Positions 18,490 through 31,459 of a stretch of DNA of 34,175 bases are shown here, piece after piece. Every line of letters begins with the position of its first letter. Position 1 is the stretch's first letter. The stretch spans positions 1-34,175 of the forward strand of contig JAYEKO010000069.1 in assembly GCA_034661055.1 (NCBI GenBank), given 5' to 3'. This DNA comes from Campylobacterota bacterium (lineage in GTDB: Bacteria > Campylobacterota > Campylobacteria > Campylobacterales > Sulfurimonadaceae). The translations under genes and the position numbers were made by a program. A model generated the notes under the pieces. The model searched no databases. It worked only from the letters and a program-made list of their open reading frames with translations, and was not told the DNA's origin.

Positions 18490-19268
18490 GTGAAGTTATA
18501 GTTATTGCAAATCAAAAAGGTGGTGTAGGAAAGACAACAACTGCTGTCAATCTTGCCGCATCCCTTGCTGTTGCAGAGAAAAAAGTACTGTTAATAGATG
18601 CTGATCCACAGGCGAATGCCACAACATCATTGGGATATTCTCGAAATGACTATGAGCATAACATTTATCATGTTCTTATTGGCGCTGCCAAGGTTAAAGA
18701 GACTATCTTGAAAACTTCACTGCCTACGCTAAGCCTTGTCCCTTCAAATATTGGGGTAGTTGGATTAGAAAAAGAGTATTATGATGCTGAAAATTCTAAA
18801 GGGCGTGAACTTATCTTAAAACGGGCCATTTCTCAGGTGAAAAAAGATTATGATTACATCATTATTGATTCACCGCCAGCTTTAGGGCCGATGACCATTA
18901 ATGCACTTTCAGCATCAAACTCAGTGATCATTCCGATTCAGTGTGAGTTCTTTGCGCTAGAAGGACTAGCACAGTTGCTAAATACAGTGCGTTTAATTCG
19001 TAAGACAATTAATCCAAAGCTTGAGATTAAAGGCTTTTTGCCAACAATGTTTAGTTCACAAAACAATCTCTCTAAGCAGGTTTTTGCAGATTTGTCACAA
19101 CATTTTGAATCAAAACTTTTTAGAGATACAAAAGATGACTTTATTGTGATTCCTAGAAATGTAAAGCTAGCAGAGAGCCCAAGTTTTGGAAAGCCTGTAA
19201 TTTTATATGATGTAAAATCGCGTGGCTCTGTTGCATACCAAGATTTAGCACAAGCGATTATTGCGTAA
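18486..19268 (+). CDS. parA: Chromosome partitioning ATPase ParA/Soj
   Basis: IANQKGGVGKTTT, DADPQANAT, IDSPP, PIQCEFFALEG, PRNVKLAESPSFG. Confidence 0.97.
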   Translation: MSEVIVIANQKGGVGKTTTAVNLAASLAVAEKKVLLIDADPQANATTSLGYSRNDYEHNIYHVLIGAAKVKETILKTSLPTLSLVPSNIGVVGLEKEYYDAENSKGRELILKRAISQVKKDYDYIIIDSPPALGPMTINALSASNSVIIPIQCEFFALEGLAQLLNTVRLIRKTINPKLEIKGFLPTMFSSQNNLSKQVFADLSQHFESKLFRDTKDDFIVIPRNVKLAESPSFGKPVILYDVKSRGSVAYQDLAQAIIA

Positions 19269-20110
19269 TGGCAAAAGAGGCATTAGGAAGAGGCTTAGGA
19301 GCACTCTTAGGTGAAATGACAGAGGTCTATGACAACGAGATGCCTAATAAAGGCGATGTCCTTGATGTTCCTCTAAAACAAGTTCGTCCAAATCCCTATC
19401 AGCCTCGTAAGACTTTTGATGAAAAATCACTTCAAGAATTAGGTGACTCTATTAAGCATCACGGCCTTCTTCAGCCTATTGTCGTAGTTGAAGATGAAGT
19501 TGATGGATATATTTTAGTAGCTGGTGAGCGTCGTCTTCGTGCTTCAAAGCTTGCTAAGCTTAAGACTATTAAAGCAATTGTCGCTAAAATTGACGATGAG
19601 CAGATGCGTCAACATGCACTGATTGAAAATATTCAGCGTGATGAATTAAATGCAATTGATTTGGCACACGCTTATGATGAGTTAATAAAAGTGCATAGTA
19701 TGACTCATGATGAACTCTCTTCTATGGTAAATAAAAGTAGAACGCATGTTACAAACTCTCTTAGACTGCTTCAACTGTCAAAAAAAGCACAAAAAGCTTT
19801 AGTAGATGGAAAAATTAGTGCGGGACATGCAAAAATTTTAGTACCACTTGATGAGAAAGAGCAAGCTCTTATGATTGATTCAATTATTGGTCAAAAAATG
19901 AATGTGCGAGAGCTTGAAGCAGTGGTTAAAAACTCACGAAATAGCACTAAAGTCGAGACTTCAAAGCCATTTATTGAAGAACTTGACTTAGAAGACCTAA
20001 AGAATAAGCTAGAATCGTTAGGCTTTAAAACTACATGTAAATCTAACAAATGTACGCTTACATTTGACTCACAAAGTGATGTTTCTACACTCTTAAATTA
20101 TTTAAATTAA
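19268..20110 (+). CDS. parB: Chromosome partitioning protein ParB/Spo0J
   Basis: ALGRGLGALL, PNPYQPRK.F, GLLQPI, AGERRLRA, ENIQR. Confidence 0.97.
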   Translation: MAKEALGRGLGALLGEMTEVYDNEMPNKGDVLDVPLKQVRPNPYQPRKTFDEKSLQELGDSIKHHGLLQPIVVVEDEVDGYILVAGERRLRASKLAKLKTIKAIVAKIDDEQMRQHALIENIQRDELNAIDLAHAYDELIKVHSMTHDELSSMVNKSRTHVTNSLRLLQLSKKAQKALVDGKISAGHAKILVPLDEKEQALMIDSIIGQKMNVRELEAVVKNSRNSTKVETSKPFIEELDLEDLKNKLESLGFKTTCKSNKCTLTFDSQSDVSTLLNYLN

Positions 20111-20179
20111 ATTCTTTTTCTACTTTAACTATATCTTCAATTTATTAATAGTATAATCATGCAACTTTTAGGAGGTGAT

Positions 20180-20602
20180 ATGTTAGATATAAATCCAATA
20201 CTGCTCGCAGTCACGATAATTGTCTTTCTTGCTCTTATTGCCGTTCTGAACAGTTGGCTTTACAGACCCCTATTTGCTTACATGGAAAAACGTGATGCAG
20301 ACATCAAGAAAGACCTCGATGAGGTTGGTTCTAATGATGATGAAATTGCAGCACTTAAAGCCGAAGCAGATAGCATTGTCAATAATGCCAAACGTGAAGT
20401 TGCGGAGTTAAGAGAAAAAGTTATTGCTAATGCAAAAGAACTTGCAAATGGTAAAATTGAAGCAAAACGTGCAGAACTAGCTAGCCAATACAGTGAATTT
20501 GAAACGTCATTAGATGAGGAGCGCGAGCAGATTAAAGTCGCACTTCTTTCTCAAGTGCCGTTATTCAAAGAAGCTGTAAAAGCTAAGTTCGCTCAAATAT
20601 AA
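20180..20602 (+). CDS. atpF': F0F1 ATP synthase subunit b'
   Basis: N-terminal TM, LYRPL..YMEKR, coiled coil; GGAGG RBS before ATG 20180; first gene of the atp cluster. Confidence 0.9.
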   Translation: MLDINPILLAVTIIVFLALIAVLNSWLYRPLFAYMEKRDADIKKDLDEVGSNDDEIAALKAEADSIVNNAKREVAELREKVIANAKELANGKIEAKRAELASQYSEFETSLDEEREQIKVALLSQVPLFKEAVKAKFAQI

Positions 20603-20611
20603 GGAGTTATA

Positions 20612-21127
20612 GTGGGTAAAATAATTGTAACACTACTTATGATGGCAGGTATAGCACTGGCTTCTGGTGGTTCTGGTGAAGGTGGAACAGATATTGTACA
20701 ACGTACAGTTAACTTCATTATTTTCGCAGGAATTATTTACTATTTGTTAGCTGAACCAATTAAAGGATACTTTGTTGGTCGTTCAGCAGATATTGCAAGC
20801 GAACTAGAGAAGGTACAAGATAAGCTTCGTGAGTCAAAAGAGGCGAAAGAAGCGGTTCAAGCTGAAATCGAAGAGGCTCAGAAATTTGCTGTAGAACTAC
20901 AAGAGACGGCAAAAAAAGAGAATATCATTCTTAATGATAAAATCGTTGCACAGTGTGAAAGTGATTTAGAGAACATGGGTAAACACCACGTTGCACTAAT
21001 GGAGCTTGAGCAGCGTAAAATGGTTCGAAACTCAGTTGATGAAATTATGAGTGAAATTTTAAATGAAGATAGTTCTGGTTTCGATAAAGATACCATGGCT
21101 AAAATCATTATGAAAAAGGTAGCGTAA
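20612..21127 (+). CDS. atpF: F0F1 ATP synthase subunit b
   Basis: TDIVQRTVNFIIF TM followed by a long coiled coil. Confidence 0.92.
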   Translation: MGKIIVTLLMMAGIALASGGSGEGGTDIVQRTVNFIIFAGIIYYLLAEPIKGYFVGRSADIASELEKVQDKLRESKEAKEAVQAEIEEAQKFAVELQETAKKENIILNDKIVAQCESDLENMGKHHVALMELEQRKMVRNSVDEIMSEILNEDSSGFDKDTMAKIIMKKVA

Positions 21128-21128
21128 T

Positions 21129-21662
21129 ATGGAAGAGTTAATTGCCAAACGTTATGTTAAAGCTTTAAAAGATAGCTTAGATGCTAAGTCAATTGCTGAT
21201 GCAAGTGATATTTTTAAAGAGTTGACGGTAGCTTTTTCAGATGAAAAGTTTTTACATGTAGTTGATAGTCGTGATGTAGCAAAGTCTCAAAAAACTGAGA
21301 TTTTACTCGATGCAGTAAAAAGTGCTAAGAGTGATAAAATCAATAATTTTATTAAACTGTTAGTAGAAAATGGACGTATCAACATTATTCCTGCAATTTC
21401 AAGTGAACTAAGAAAAGAGATATCACGTATGAACAAAAGCTATGACGGTAAAGTCTATAGCGATAGTGATATTGATGCAAATACTTTAACTGGGATCTCT
21501 AAGGGACTTAGTAAAAAGATGGATGCAACCATCTCATTAGAGATGATCAAAAATGATTTTGATGGTATTAAAGTGGAAGTTGAAGATTTGGGTATAGAGA
21601 TTAATTTCTCTAAAAATCGTCTAAATAGTCAACTTGTTGAGCATATTTTAAAAGCAATTTAG
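21129..21662 (+). CDS. atpH: F0F1 ATP synthase subunit delta
   Basis: [20 protein letters not shown]; operon position. Confidence 0.93.
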   Translation: MEELIAKRYVKALKDSLDAKSIADASDIFKELTVAFSDEKFLHVVDSRDVAKSQKTEILLDAVKSAKSDKINNFIKLLVENGRINIIPAISSELRKEISRMNKSYDGKVYSDSDIDANTLTGISKGLSKKMDATISLEMIKNDFDGIKVEVEDLGIEINFSKNRLNSQLVEHILKAI

Positions 21663-21681
21663 ATTACAAAGGAGAGACATA

Positions 21682-23196
21682 GTGGTAGCAAAAGTACAAG
21701 CAAATGAAATCAGTTCAATTATCAAAGAGCGTATCGATAACTTTGAGTTGAATGTAGATATCAATGAGACTGGTAAAGTTATCTCATATGCTGATGGTAT
21801 AGCACAGGTATATGGTTTGAATAACGTAATGGCAGGTGAGATGGTTGAGTTCGAAGATGGAACTCAGGGTCTTGCTATGAACCTTGAAGCAAACAGTGTA
21901 GGTATTGTTCTTTTAGGTGGTGCAGCTGGGCTTAAAGAGGGCATGTCTGTTAAACGTCTTAACAAACTTCTTAAAGTTCCTGTTGGTGATGCACTTTTAG
22001 GACGTGTTGTTAATGCATTGGGTGAGCCAATTGATGGTAAAGGTCCAATTGAAACAACAGAGAGTCGTTTTGTTGAAGAGAAAGCTCCTGGAATTATGGC
22101 ACGTAAATCAGTTCATGAGCCGATGGCAACTGGTATTAAAGCAATTGATGCTCTAGTTCCAATTGGACGTGGTCAACGTGAGCTTATTATTGGTGACCGT
22201 CAAACAGGTAAAACAACAGTAGCAATTGACACAATCCTTAACCAAAAAGGTAATGGTGTTGCATGTATCTATGTAGCTGTTGGTCAAAAAGAGTCTACGA
22301 TTGCACAAATTGTTCGTCGTTTAGAAGAGCATGGTGCACTTGAATATACAATAGTTGTTTCTGCTACAGGTGCAGAAGCAGCAGCACTTCAATTTTTAGC
22401 ACCATACACTGGTGTTACAATGGGTGAGTATTTCCGTGATAATGCACGCCATGGTCTTATTGTATATGATGACCTTTCTAAGCACGCAGTTGCATATCGT
22501 GAAATGTCACTAATTCTTCGTCGTCCTCCAGGTCGTGAAGCATACCCTGGTGATGTTTTCTATCTACACTCTCGTCTATTAGAGCGTGCAGCTAAGGTAA
22601 ATGATGAATTAGGTGGTGGATCATTAACGGCACTTCCAATTATTGAGACTCAAGCTGGTGATGTTGCGGCATATATTCCAACAAATGTTATCTCAATTAC
22701 TGATGGTCAGATTTTCTTAGAGACTGAACTTTTCAACTCAGGTATTCGTCCAGCAATTAATGTTGGCCTTTCTGTATCTCGTGTTGGTGGTGCTGCTCAG
22801 ATTAAAGCTACTAAGCAAGTTGCTGGTACTTTACGTCTTGACCTTGCTCAATATCGCGAGCTTCAAGCATTTGCACAGTTTGCATCTGATCTTGATGAAG
22901 TGTCTCGTAATCAGCTAGAGCGTGGACAGAGAATGGTTGAAGTTCTTAAGCAACCTCCATTTTCACCACTTCCAGCTGAGAAACAAGCACTTGTTATTTT
23001 TGCAGGTAATGCAGGTTTCTTAGATGATATGCCACACACTGTAGTAACTCGTTTTGAATCTGAGTTGTATCCATTTGTAGAAGCACGTTATCCACAGATT
23101 TTTGAGAATATCAGAAGTGCTGGAAAAATTGATGATGATACTGATGCGTTAATGAAAAAAGCACTTGAAGAGTTCAAAGCTTCTTTTAGCGTATAA
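21682..23196 (+). CDS. atpA: F0F1 ATP synthase subunit alpha
   Basis: [41 protein letters not shown]. Confidence 0.99.
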   Translation: MVAKVQANEISSIIKERIDNFELNVDINETGKVISYADGIAQVYGLNNVMAGEMVEFEDGTQGLAMNLEANSVGIVLLGGAAGLKEGMSVKRLNKLLKVPVGDALLGRVVNALGEPIDGKGPIETTESRFVEEKAPGIMARKSVHEPMATGIKAIDALVPIGRGQRELIIGDRQTGKTTVAIDTILNQKGNGVACIYVAVGQKESTIAQIVRRLEEHGALEYTIVVSATGAEAAALQFLAPYTGVTMGEYFRDNARHGLIVYDDLSKHAVAYREMSLILRRPPGREAYPGDVFYLHSRLLERAAKVNDELGGGSLTALPIIETQAGDVAAYIPTNVISITDGQIFLETELFNSGIRPAINVGLSVSRVGGAAQIKATKQVAGTLRLDLAQYRELQAFAQFASDLDEVSRNQLERGQRMVEVLKQPPFSPLPAEKQALVIFAGNAGFLDDMPHTVVTRFESELYPFVEARYPQIFENIRSAGKIDDDTDALMKKALEEFKASFSV

Positions 23197-23204
23197 GGAC
23201 CGAC

Positions 23205-25501
<2,297 letters not shown>

Positions 25502-25517
25502 CAGCTAAGGATAACTA

Positions 25518-25910
25518 ATGGAAACATTACAGCTTCAAATTATGACACCAACTGGCGCTATCTATGATGGTGAAGCGTTGAGTGTTACAATACCTGGAGA
25601 AGAGGGAGAATTTGGTGTTCTTCCTAATCATGCGTCGTTAGCTACCATCTTACAAGCTGGTGTTGTTGATATAGAGACAACAGATAAAACAGTTGAGTCG
25701 GTTGTAGTTAACTGGGGCGTTGTTCAAGTTGATGAGAAAAAAGTTCTACTTTTAGTTGATGGTGCTATTGCTCTTAAGGGTGATAGTGAAAGTGAAATTG
25801 CTAAAGCAATTGAAGATGCTAAGTCACTTGTTGATAGCGCATCAGATTCAAGTGCTGCAATTGCAACTGTATCTGCTAAAATAGAGTCTTCCGCTCAAAA
25901 ACTTTTCTAA
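25518..25910 (+). CDS. atpC: F0F1 ATP synthase subunit epsilon
   Basis: LQIMTP, PGEEGEFGVLPNHA. Confidence 0.96.
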   Translation: METLQLQIMTPTGAIYDGEALSVTIPGEEGEFGVLPNHASLATILQAGVVDIETTDKTVESVVVNWGVVQVDEKKVLLLVDGAIALKGDSESEIAKAIEDAKSLVDSASDSSAAIATVSAKIESSAQKLF

Positions 25911-26476
25911 TGCTCGATAATTTATCGCTTTTTATCGATAAAAGCCACGGTGTAACACTTTTTGTGTTAGGCCTTCTGGCGCTCTACTTTATTGCTCTTA
26001 ACTGGGTGTTTTTTTACCGCTATTTTACTTTAAACTCATTAATTTCAAAAGAGACTGATTCCTTAAATTCACTATTAATAGGATCACATTCAGTTAATGA
26101 AAACTCTTATCTGCATACATTTATTAAAACCAGTGCAAATATGAACAGGGAAATCTTTGATTTAGGTAATTTTTCAGCAACAAAAGAAGCTACTAAGGGC
26201 CTCTCTTTACTCTCTGTTGTTGCTTCAACAGCTCCATTTATTGGTCTGTTTGGTACTGTTGTCTCAATTTTAGATACCTTTAGTAATATTGGTCATTCAA
26301 GTGGTACAATGAGTGTTATAGCGGCTGGAGTTTCTGATGCTTTAATTGCAACTGCTGCAGGAATATTTGTAGCTATATTTGCCTATACATTTCATCAGAT
26401 AATGAAACGTAAAGCGTATGACTATAGTGGTCTTATTAAGATGCAAAGTGATGCGCTGCTTGCACGTTTAGGATAA
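25910..26476 (+). CDS. tolQ: MotA/TolQ/ExbB proton channel protein (TolQ by context)
   Basis: ASTAPFIGLFGTV, GVSDALIATAAG; upstream of tolB-pal. Confidence 0.88.
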   Translation: MLDNLSLFIDKSHGVTLFVLGLLALYFIALNWVFFYRYFTLNSLISKETDSLNSLLIGSHSVNENSYLHTFIKTSANMNREIFDLGNFSATKEATKGLSLLSVVASTAPFIGLFGTVVSILDTFSNIGHSSGTMSVIAAGVSDALIATAAGIFVAIFAYTFHQIMKRKAYDYSGLIKMQSDALLARLG

Positions 26477-26478
26477 CC

Positions 26479-26874
26479 GTGTCTAATTATAATTGGGATG
26501 AAAGTCCAGAACTAAATATTACACCTCTTGTTGATGTAATGTTAGTTCTACTTGCTATTTTAATGGTTATTACACCTAATATTGTCTATGAAGAACTTAT
26601 TAATTTGCCACAAGGTTCCGCTAGCAAGCAGATATCAAAAAAACCACCTGTACATATATCAGTAACCAAGGAGGGAGAAGTTCTTGTTAATAAAGAGAAA
26701 TTTGATCTTATGTCATTTTCAGATAATTTTTATCTCTATTCACAAAAACTTGATATTAAATCTTCAGTTATGATTAGTGCAGATGAGACATTAGATTATG
26801 GAGTAGTGATGTCCGTATTAGCAGCAGTAAAACTCGCTGGTTTTACAGAGGTGTCATTAGCTACTAATGGCTAA
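26479..26874 (+). CDS. tolR: ExbD/TolR family protein (TolR by context)
   Basis: ELNITPLVDVMLVLL, ISAD..LDYG.V..V. Confidence 0.88.
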   Translation: MSNYNWDESPELNITPLVDVMLVLLAILMVITPNIVYEELINLPQGSASKQISKKPPVHISVTKEGEVLVNKEKFDLMSFSDNFYLYSQKLDIKSSVMISADETLDYGVVMSVLAAVKLAGFTEVSLATNG

Positions 26875-27631
26875 TAATAGATATTTTTACTTAAGTGGTC
26901 TGATATCGCTCTCTCTTTTTGTACTTTTTTTAGTACTGTTTGTGATGATACTGCTTCAACAAGAAAAACTTAAACAGTTTGCCCTTAAAAAAGATAATTA
27001 CATTTCTGTTTCTATTGATACTCCTTTAGTAAATAAAAAAAGTGTTAAGAAAAATCTTAAACAAGTGAAGTCAAAACTACAAGAGAAGCCAAAAGAAAAA
27101 CCTGCTGATAAGCCTGAAACAAAACCATTAGTAAAGCCAGCAGAGAAACCAAAAGCGGTCAATAAAAATATTTCGGACCTTTTTGCTTCAGTAAAGACAC
27201 AGAAAATTTCACATAAAGCTAATAAAAAACCTGTATATGATAAAAAACTACTCTCAAAACTTTCAAAAAAAAGTGTAAAAAAGAGTGTGACACAAAAGAG
27301 TGCTGCAGCATCAGCACTAAAAAAAATTGAGATTAGCTCAGAAAGTGCATCTACATCGCCAGATGTAAATGAATATTTAGCTAAAATTCAAGCAATTATT
27401 TATGAACACTTTTATCCTCCAATGAATAGTGAAGGACTTAGTGCTATTGTAACAATTACATTTAACAGTAGTGGTAAAATTACCAGCTACAGGGTTTTAA
27501 ACTATTCAGGAAATGAGATGTTTAATAGCGAAGTAGATATGTTGCAAGCACGTTTAAAAGCCCTTACTTTTGCTAAGCACCCTGAGGGAAAATCAGAAAG
27601 TGTAAAAATTATTTTAACCTCACAGGAGTAG
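26867..27631 (+). CDS. tolA: TolA/TonB-C-terminal-domain protein
   Basis: N-terminal TM anchor, Lys/Pro-rich linker, C-terminal Y..KIQ...SGN..FN domain; lies between tolR and tolB. Confidence 0.75.
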   Translation: MANNRYFYLSGLISLSLFVLFLVLFVMILLQQEKLKQFALKKDNYISVSIDTPLVNKKSVKKNLKQVKSKLQEKPKEKPADKPETKPLVKPAEKPKAVNKNISDLFASVKTQKISHKANKKPVYDKKLLSKLSKKSVKKSVTQKSAAASALKKIEISSESASTSPDVNEYLAKIQAIIYEHFYPPMNSEGLSAIVTITFNSSGKITSYRVLNYSGNEMFNSEVDMLQARLKALTFAKHPEGKSESVKIILTSQE

Positions 27632-27633
27632 GT

Positions 27634-28884
27634 ATGCGTCACTTAATAGGATTACTTTTTTCATCATTTTTACTGTTTGCAGGAGATGCAACCATTGAGG
27701 TTATAAAAAAAGCAGATTCAATTGCTTCAATTGCTATTGAAGATGCCACAGTATCGTTTGAAACTAAAGCTTCACGTCAATTTTTTAAAAATATTGTTAG
27801 TGACATGAATGTCCTCTCCCTCTTTAATGTTGAGAGAAAACATACTGCTACAAACTATACCAATGAGACTGTTTTAGCTGAAAACAGGCTCTTTGATTAT
27901 GTACTTCGCTATCGTCTTCGTCATGATGATACAGGAAATATTCTTGTAGATACAAAGCTTCTTCATAACGATGAAGCTTTGATGAATAAAGTCTATAAGA
28001 CATCATCAGAGAATCTTTTGGTATTTGTATCACATGCGTTAGCTTATGATATTAATGAAAAGATGGGTGCTCCTTCAGTAGATTGGATGAAGAAAAAAGT
28101 AATATTCTCAAAGTTGACCTCACCTGGACGTAGTGAGATTGTTATTAGCGACTACACATTAACCTATCAGCACACGATGATAAAAGGGGCATTAAATGTC
28201 TTCCCTCAATGGGCTGATGATACTCAGCGTGCATTTTATTATACATCTTTAGCTGGTACGAAACCAACGCTCTATAAGTTAAATATAAAGAGTGGTGCAA
28301 AAGAGAAAGTTACTAGCTCTGATGGTATGTTGGTTTGCTCTGATGTCAGTAGTGATGGAAATAAACTTCTACTGACAATGGCCCCTTCTGGTCAACCAGA
28401 TATCTATCTATATGATGTAGAGTCAAAAACTAAGAAACGAATTACAAACTATAGTGGAATTGATGTTAATGCACAGTTCATGGAAAATAATAAAGTTGCT
28501 TTTGTCTCAAACCGTTTAGGATATCCAAATATTTTTTCAAAACAACTTGGTGGCGGCAGTGTAGAGCAGATGGTTTATTACGGAAAAAGCAATGCAGCGT
28601 GTAGTGCTCATAATGAATATGTTGTCTATAAGTCTCGAGAGAGTGCCAATGAGTTTGGACGAAATACGTTTAACTTACACTTAATTTCTACCAAGACAGA
28701 TTTTATCCGTCGTTTAACGGCTACAGGAGTGAATGAGTTTCCTCGTTTTTCGGCTTCAGGGGACTCTATATTATTTATTAAGAACTATAAGCAGCAGAGC
28801 TCCATTGGAGTGATTAGGCTAGAGCAAAATAAGAGTTTCTTGTTTCCACTTAAAATTGGAAAACTGCAATCAATTGATTGGTAA
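27634..28884 (+). CDS. tolB: Tol-Pal system beta-propeller protein TolB
   Basis: Signal peptide, SDY, S.DG..LL, DIY, FVSNRLGYPNIF, PRFS..G WD40-like repeats. Confidence 0.92.
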   Translation: MRHLIGLLFSSFLLFAGDATIEVIKKADSIASIAIEDATVSFETKASRQFFKNIVSDMNVLSLFNVERKHTATNYTNETVLAENRLFDYVLRYRLRHDDTGNILVDTKLLHNDEALMNKVYKTSSENLLVFVSHALAYDINEKMGAPSVDWMKKKVIFSKLTSPGRSEIVISDYTLTYQHTMIKGALNVFPQWADDTQRAFYYTSLAGTKPTLYKLNIKSGAKEKVTSSDGMLVCSDVSSDGNKLLLTMAPSGQPDIYLYDVESKTKKRITNYSGIDVNAQFMENNKVAFVSNRLGYPNIFSKQLGGGSVEQMVYYGKSNAACSAHNEYVVYKSRESANEFGRNTFNLHLISTKTDFIRRLTATGVNEFPRFSASGDSILFIKNYKQQSSIGVIRLEQNKSFLFPLKIGKLQSIDW

Positions 28885-28953
28885 ATTTACATGTAATTTA
28901 CTTGAGTGCACCTATGATAAGTAGGTAGTATGTATCAAAAATAAAGGTCTATT

Positions 28954-29406
28954 TTGAATATTGATATTATCTTGTATTTTCATATCCTCTCTGCTACAGC
29001 ATGGATTGGCGGCTCTCTTCTTCTTTTTGCTTTAGGCATTATTTTAAGAGACAAGACAGCACAAAAACAGGTCTATTTCCATTTAGGGCCAATCTATGGA
29101 TATTTTGAGACATTTTGGCTTGTTTTGTTATGGGCTAGTGGTCTAACTCTTTTTAGTCATTTTGGATTTTATGATCTGTTATTTAATGATCCTTCTCATA
29201 TGCTTTCTGAATGGATGAGGCATAAATTAGGATATGTGAGTGCTATTACAGTATTGACAGTAATTCATATGGTAATTGCCTTTAAAACTCATAATCAGAC
29301 ACGAGGAAAGGTACTTAATATTATCTCTCGAGGAAGTTCACTTCTCATCTTCTTTTTAAATCTTGGCATATTATGGGCAGCTATTCAGATTCGAAATATT
29401 TTATAG
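28954..29406 (+). CDS. Four-TM membrane protein, CopD-like
   Basis: FHILSATAWIGG helix 1 and HKL motif resemble the CopD/DUF4149-type 4-TM fold; TTG start with AAGG RBS. Confidence 0.6.
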   Translation: MNIDIILYFHILSATAWIGGSLLLFALGIILRDKTAQKQVYFHLGPIYGYFETFWLVLLWASGLTLFSHFGFYDLLFNDPSHMLSEWMRHKLGYVSAITVLTVIHMVIAFKTHNQTRGKVLNIISRGSSLLIFFLNLGILWAAIQIRNIL

Positions 29407-29455
29407 GTTAATAGTTTTTAGATATAATGACGGCAATTTTTATGAAGGTAGTTAT

Positions 29456-29992
29456 ATGAAAAAAGTTTTAATGTTAAGTGCAACTATTGCACTATTGGTT
29501 TTAAGTGGTTGTAGCTCAAAAGATTCGTCTATTGATCCTTATGATAACGGTGTTGAAATTAAGCCTGATACAACAGTTCAAACTGAAACAATTGAAGGTA
29601 CAGGAATTAGCGTTGATACTTCAGACAGTAATGAGATGACTATGAGTGCATTAGAGTCTCGTATGCAAAATATTACATTTGCATTTGATAAGTTTAATAT
29701 CTCATCTGATATGCAAGACAGAGTTGATGCAAACAGTGCTTTAGCTTCAGGTAATGCAGCAAATTATGCTATTAAGTTAGAGGGTAACTGTGATGAGTGG
29801 GGTAGTGATGAGTACAACTACGCATTGGGACTTAAGCGTGCAAATTCTGTAAAGAATACAATGATTAAAAATGGTATTGATGCATCACGTATTACTATGA
29901 TTAGTTATGGAGAGAGCAATCCGGCATGTACTGATAAAACTGATTCATGTTGGGCACAAAATCGTCGTGTGGATACTAAAGTATTACCATAA
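29456..29992 (+). CDS. pal: Peptidoglycan-associated lipoprotein Pal
   Basis: Lipobox LSGC, F.FD, EGNCDEWGSDEYNYALGLKRA, SYGE..P, WAQNRR; start 29456, with TATAAT at 29423-29428. Confidence 0.96.
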   Translation: MKKVLMLSATIALLVLSGCSSKDSSIDPYDNGVEIKPDTTVQTETIEGTGISVDTSDSNEMTMSALESRMQNITFAFDKFNISSDMQDRVDANSALASGNAANYAIKLEGNCDEWGSDEYNYALGLKRANSVKNTMIKNGIDASRITMISYGESNPACTDKTDSCWAQNRRVDTKVLP

Positions 29993-29994
29993 CA

Positions 29995-30873
29995 ATGAAA
30001 CTTTTATTTTTAGCACTATTTTTACCTAGCATTTTACTAAGCGCTGAGCCTTCAGCGTTTGGAGCAGGTAACTTGGAAAGTGAAACTCCTTATGGCTTGA
30101 CAGAATCTGAAAAATATATTTTAAAGAATAAAAAACGTCTTGAAAGTATTAAAAAAGAGAGTAGGGCCCAAGATGGAAAAGTTGATAGTATGCGAGAGCG
30201 TATGGATGGACTTCAAACTATCGTAGAGGGATTAAGTGCTAAATCACATCAAAACAGTGTTGCTGTTGGTAGAGTTGAGAATGAAATTAATGGCGATAAC
30301 AACAGCTCCATTATGGCTAAGATACAGCACAATAGTGATGAGATAGAAAAAGTAAAAGAGACACTCAAAGAGTTTTCTGTTTTACTTGATAGTATTAATA
30401 ATAACTACATCACAAAAGATGATTATAATTCACTTATTGATGAGATGAATAGTCTTAAAAAAAGTTTTACCAAGAGTATTAAATCTGGTGGAACCACTAA
30501 GAAGTCACTTTCTAATATGAGTAATGCAGAAGTAGCTAAGAAGGCGCAAGCTTTTTTCAAGAAAAAGTACTACACCAATGCTATTGAGAATTATGAATAT
30601 CTTATTAAGAAAAATTATAAGCCGGCATCAGCTCATTACTATATTGGTGAGATGAACTTTAGACGTAAAAAATATAAGGTTGCACTCTCTTACTTTAAAG
30701 AGAGTGCATCACGTTATGATAAAGCAGTGTACATGCCAACATTGATGCTTCACAGTGCCATTGCAATGGAAAAAACTGGAGATAGCAGTAATGCACAGGC
30801 ATTTTACAGTGGTGTCATAGCAAAATATCCCGCCTCTAAAGAGGCCAAAGAAGCTGAAAAGAGAATTAAATAA
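29995..30873 (+). CDS. cpoB: Tol-Pal associated coiled-coil/TPR protein (CpoB/YbgF-like)
   Basis: Signal peptide, AEPSAFGAG, coiled coil, C-terminal TPRs ending YPASKEA; follows pal. Confidence 0.82.
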   Translation: MKLLFLALFLPSILLSAEPSAFGAGNLESETPYGLTESEKYILKNKKRLESIKKESRAQDGKVDSMRERMDGLQTIVEGLSAKSHQNSVAVGRVENEINGDNNSSIMAKIQHNSDEIEKVKETLKEFSVLLDSINNNYITKDDYNSLIDEMNSLKKSFTKSIKSGGTTKKSLSNMSNAEVAKKAQAFFKKKYYTNAIENYEYLIKKNYKPASAHYYIGEMNFRRKKYKVALSYFKESASRYDKAVYMPTLMLHSAIAMEKTGDSSNAQAFYSGVIAKYPASKEAKEAEKRIK

Positions 30874-30885
30874 TTTCTTTTCAGC
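30853..30885 (+). terminator. Hairpin spanning the cpoB stop (possible terminator)
   Basis: GCTGAAAAGAGAATT...AATTTCTTTTCAGC inverted repeat with one bulge; no strong U-tract. Confidence 0.4.
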
Positions 30886-30940
30886 CAAACAATAGTTTGG
30901 TATTGATAAAATCCAAAAAATTATAACAATAAGGTGAATT

Positions 30941-31459
30941 ATGTCAATTGTAGCAAATCAAATTGTATCATTAGAATATGAAGTAAAAGATGGAGATACT
31001 GTAGTAGATAGTAACGTAGGTGGAGCACCACTAGTATTTATGTTTGGAAAAGGTCAAATTATTCCTGGTCTAGAGAGTGGTATTGAGAATATGGCTGTTG
31101 GTGAAAAAGGTGATGTTCTTGTTCAACCTGCTGATGCATATGGTGAGTACAATGATGAAGCGCAACAAGAGGTTCCTAAAGATCAGTTTGCAGATATTGA
31201 GTTAGCTGTAGGTATGACACTTTATGGTCAAGGTGAAGATGGCGGTACTGTTCAAGTTACTGTTAAAGAGATTGGCGATGAGAGTGTTATGATTGACTTT
31301 AACCATCCATTAGCTGGTAAAGCACTAATGTTTACAGTGACACTTAATGATATTCGTGAAGCAACTGAAGAAGAGGCAATGACTGGTATTCCAGCTGAAA
31401 ATGCTCAAAATGATGAGCATTGTGGTACAGGTGGCGGCCACGGCTGTGGATGCGACTAG
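30941..31459 (+). CDS. slyD: FKBP-type peptidyl-prolyl isomerase SlyD
   Basis: G.GQIIPGLE, DAYG, DFNHPLAGK.L.F, His/Cys tail HCGTGGGHGCGCD. Confidence 0.95.
   Translation: MSIVANQIVSLEYEVKDGDTVVDSNVGGAPLVFMFGKGQIIPGLESGIENMAVGEKGDVLVQPADAYGEYNDEAQQEVPKDQFADIELAVGMTLYGQGEDGGTVQVTVKEIGDESVMIDFNHPLAGKALMFTVTLNDIREATEEEAMTGIPAENAQNDEHCGTGGGHGCGCD

Noticed and set aside
18486..20160. Possible parS site or replication origin near parAB
   Set aside because: No GTTTCACGTGAAAC-like palindrome or DnaA-box cluster seen; TACATGTA is shorter and too dispersed to be parS
27060..27320. Lys/Pro-rich quasi-repeats in the tolA-like gene
   Set aside because: Expected low-complexity periplasmic linker, not a DNA repeat array
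28905..28926. GTGCACCTAT...TAGGT as another copy of the palindromic element
   Set aside because: Only a 6-bp core match and a 5-bp stem; within chance
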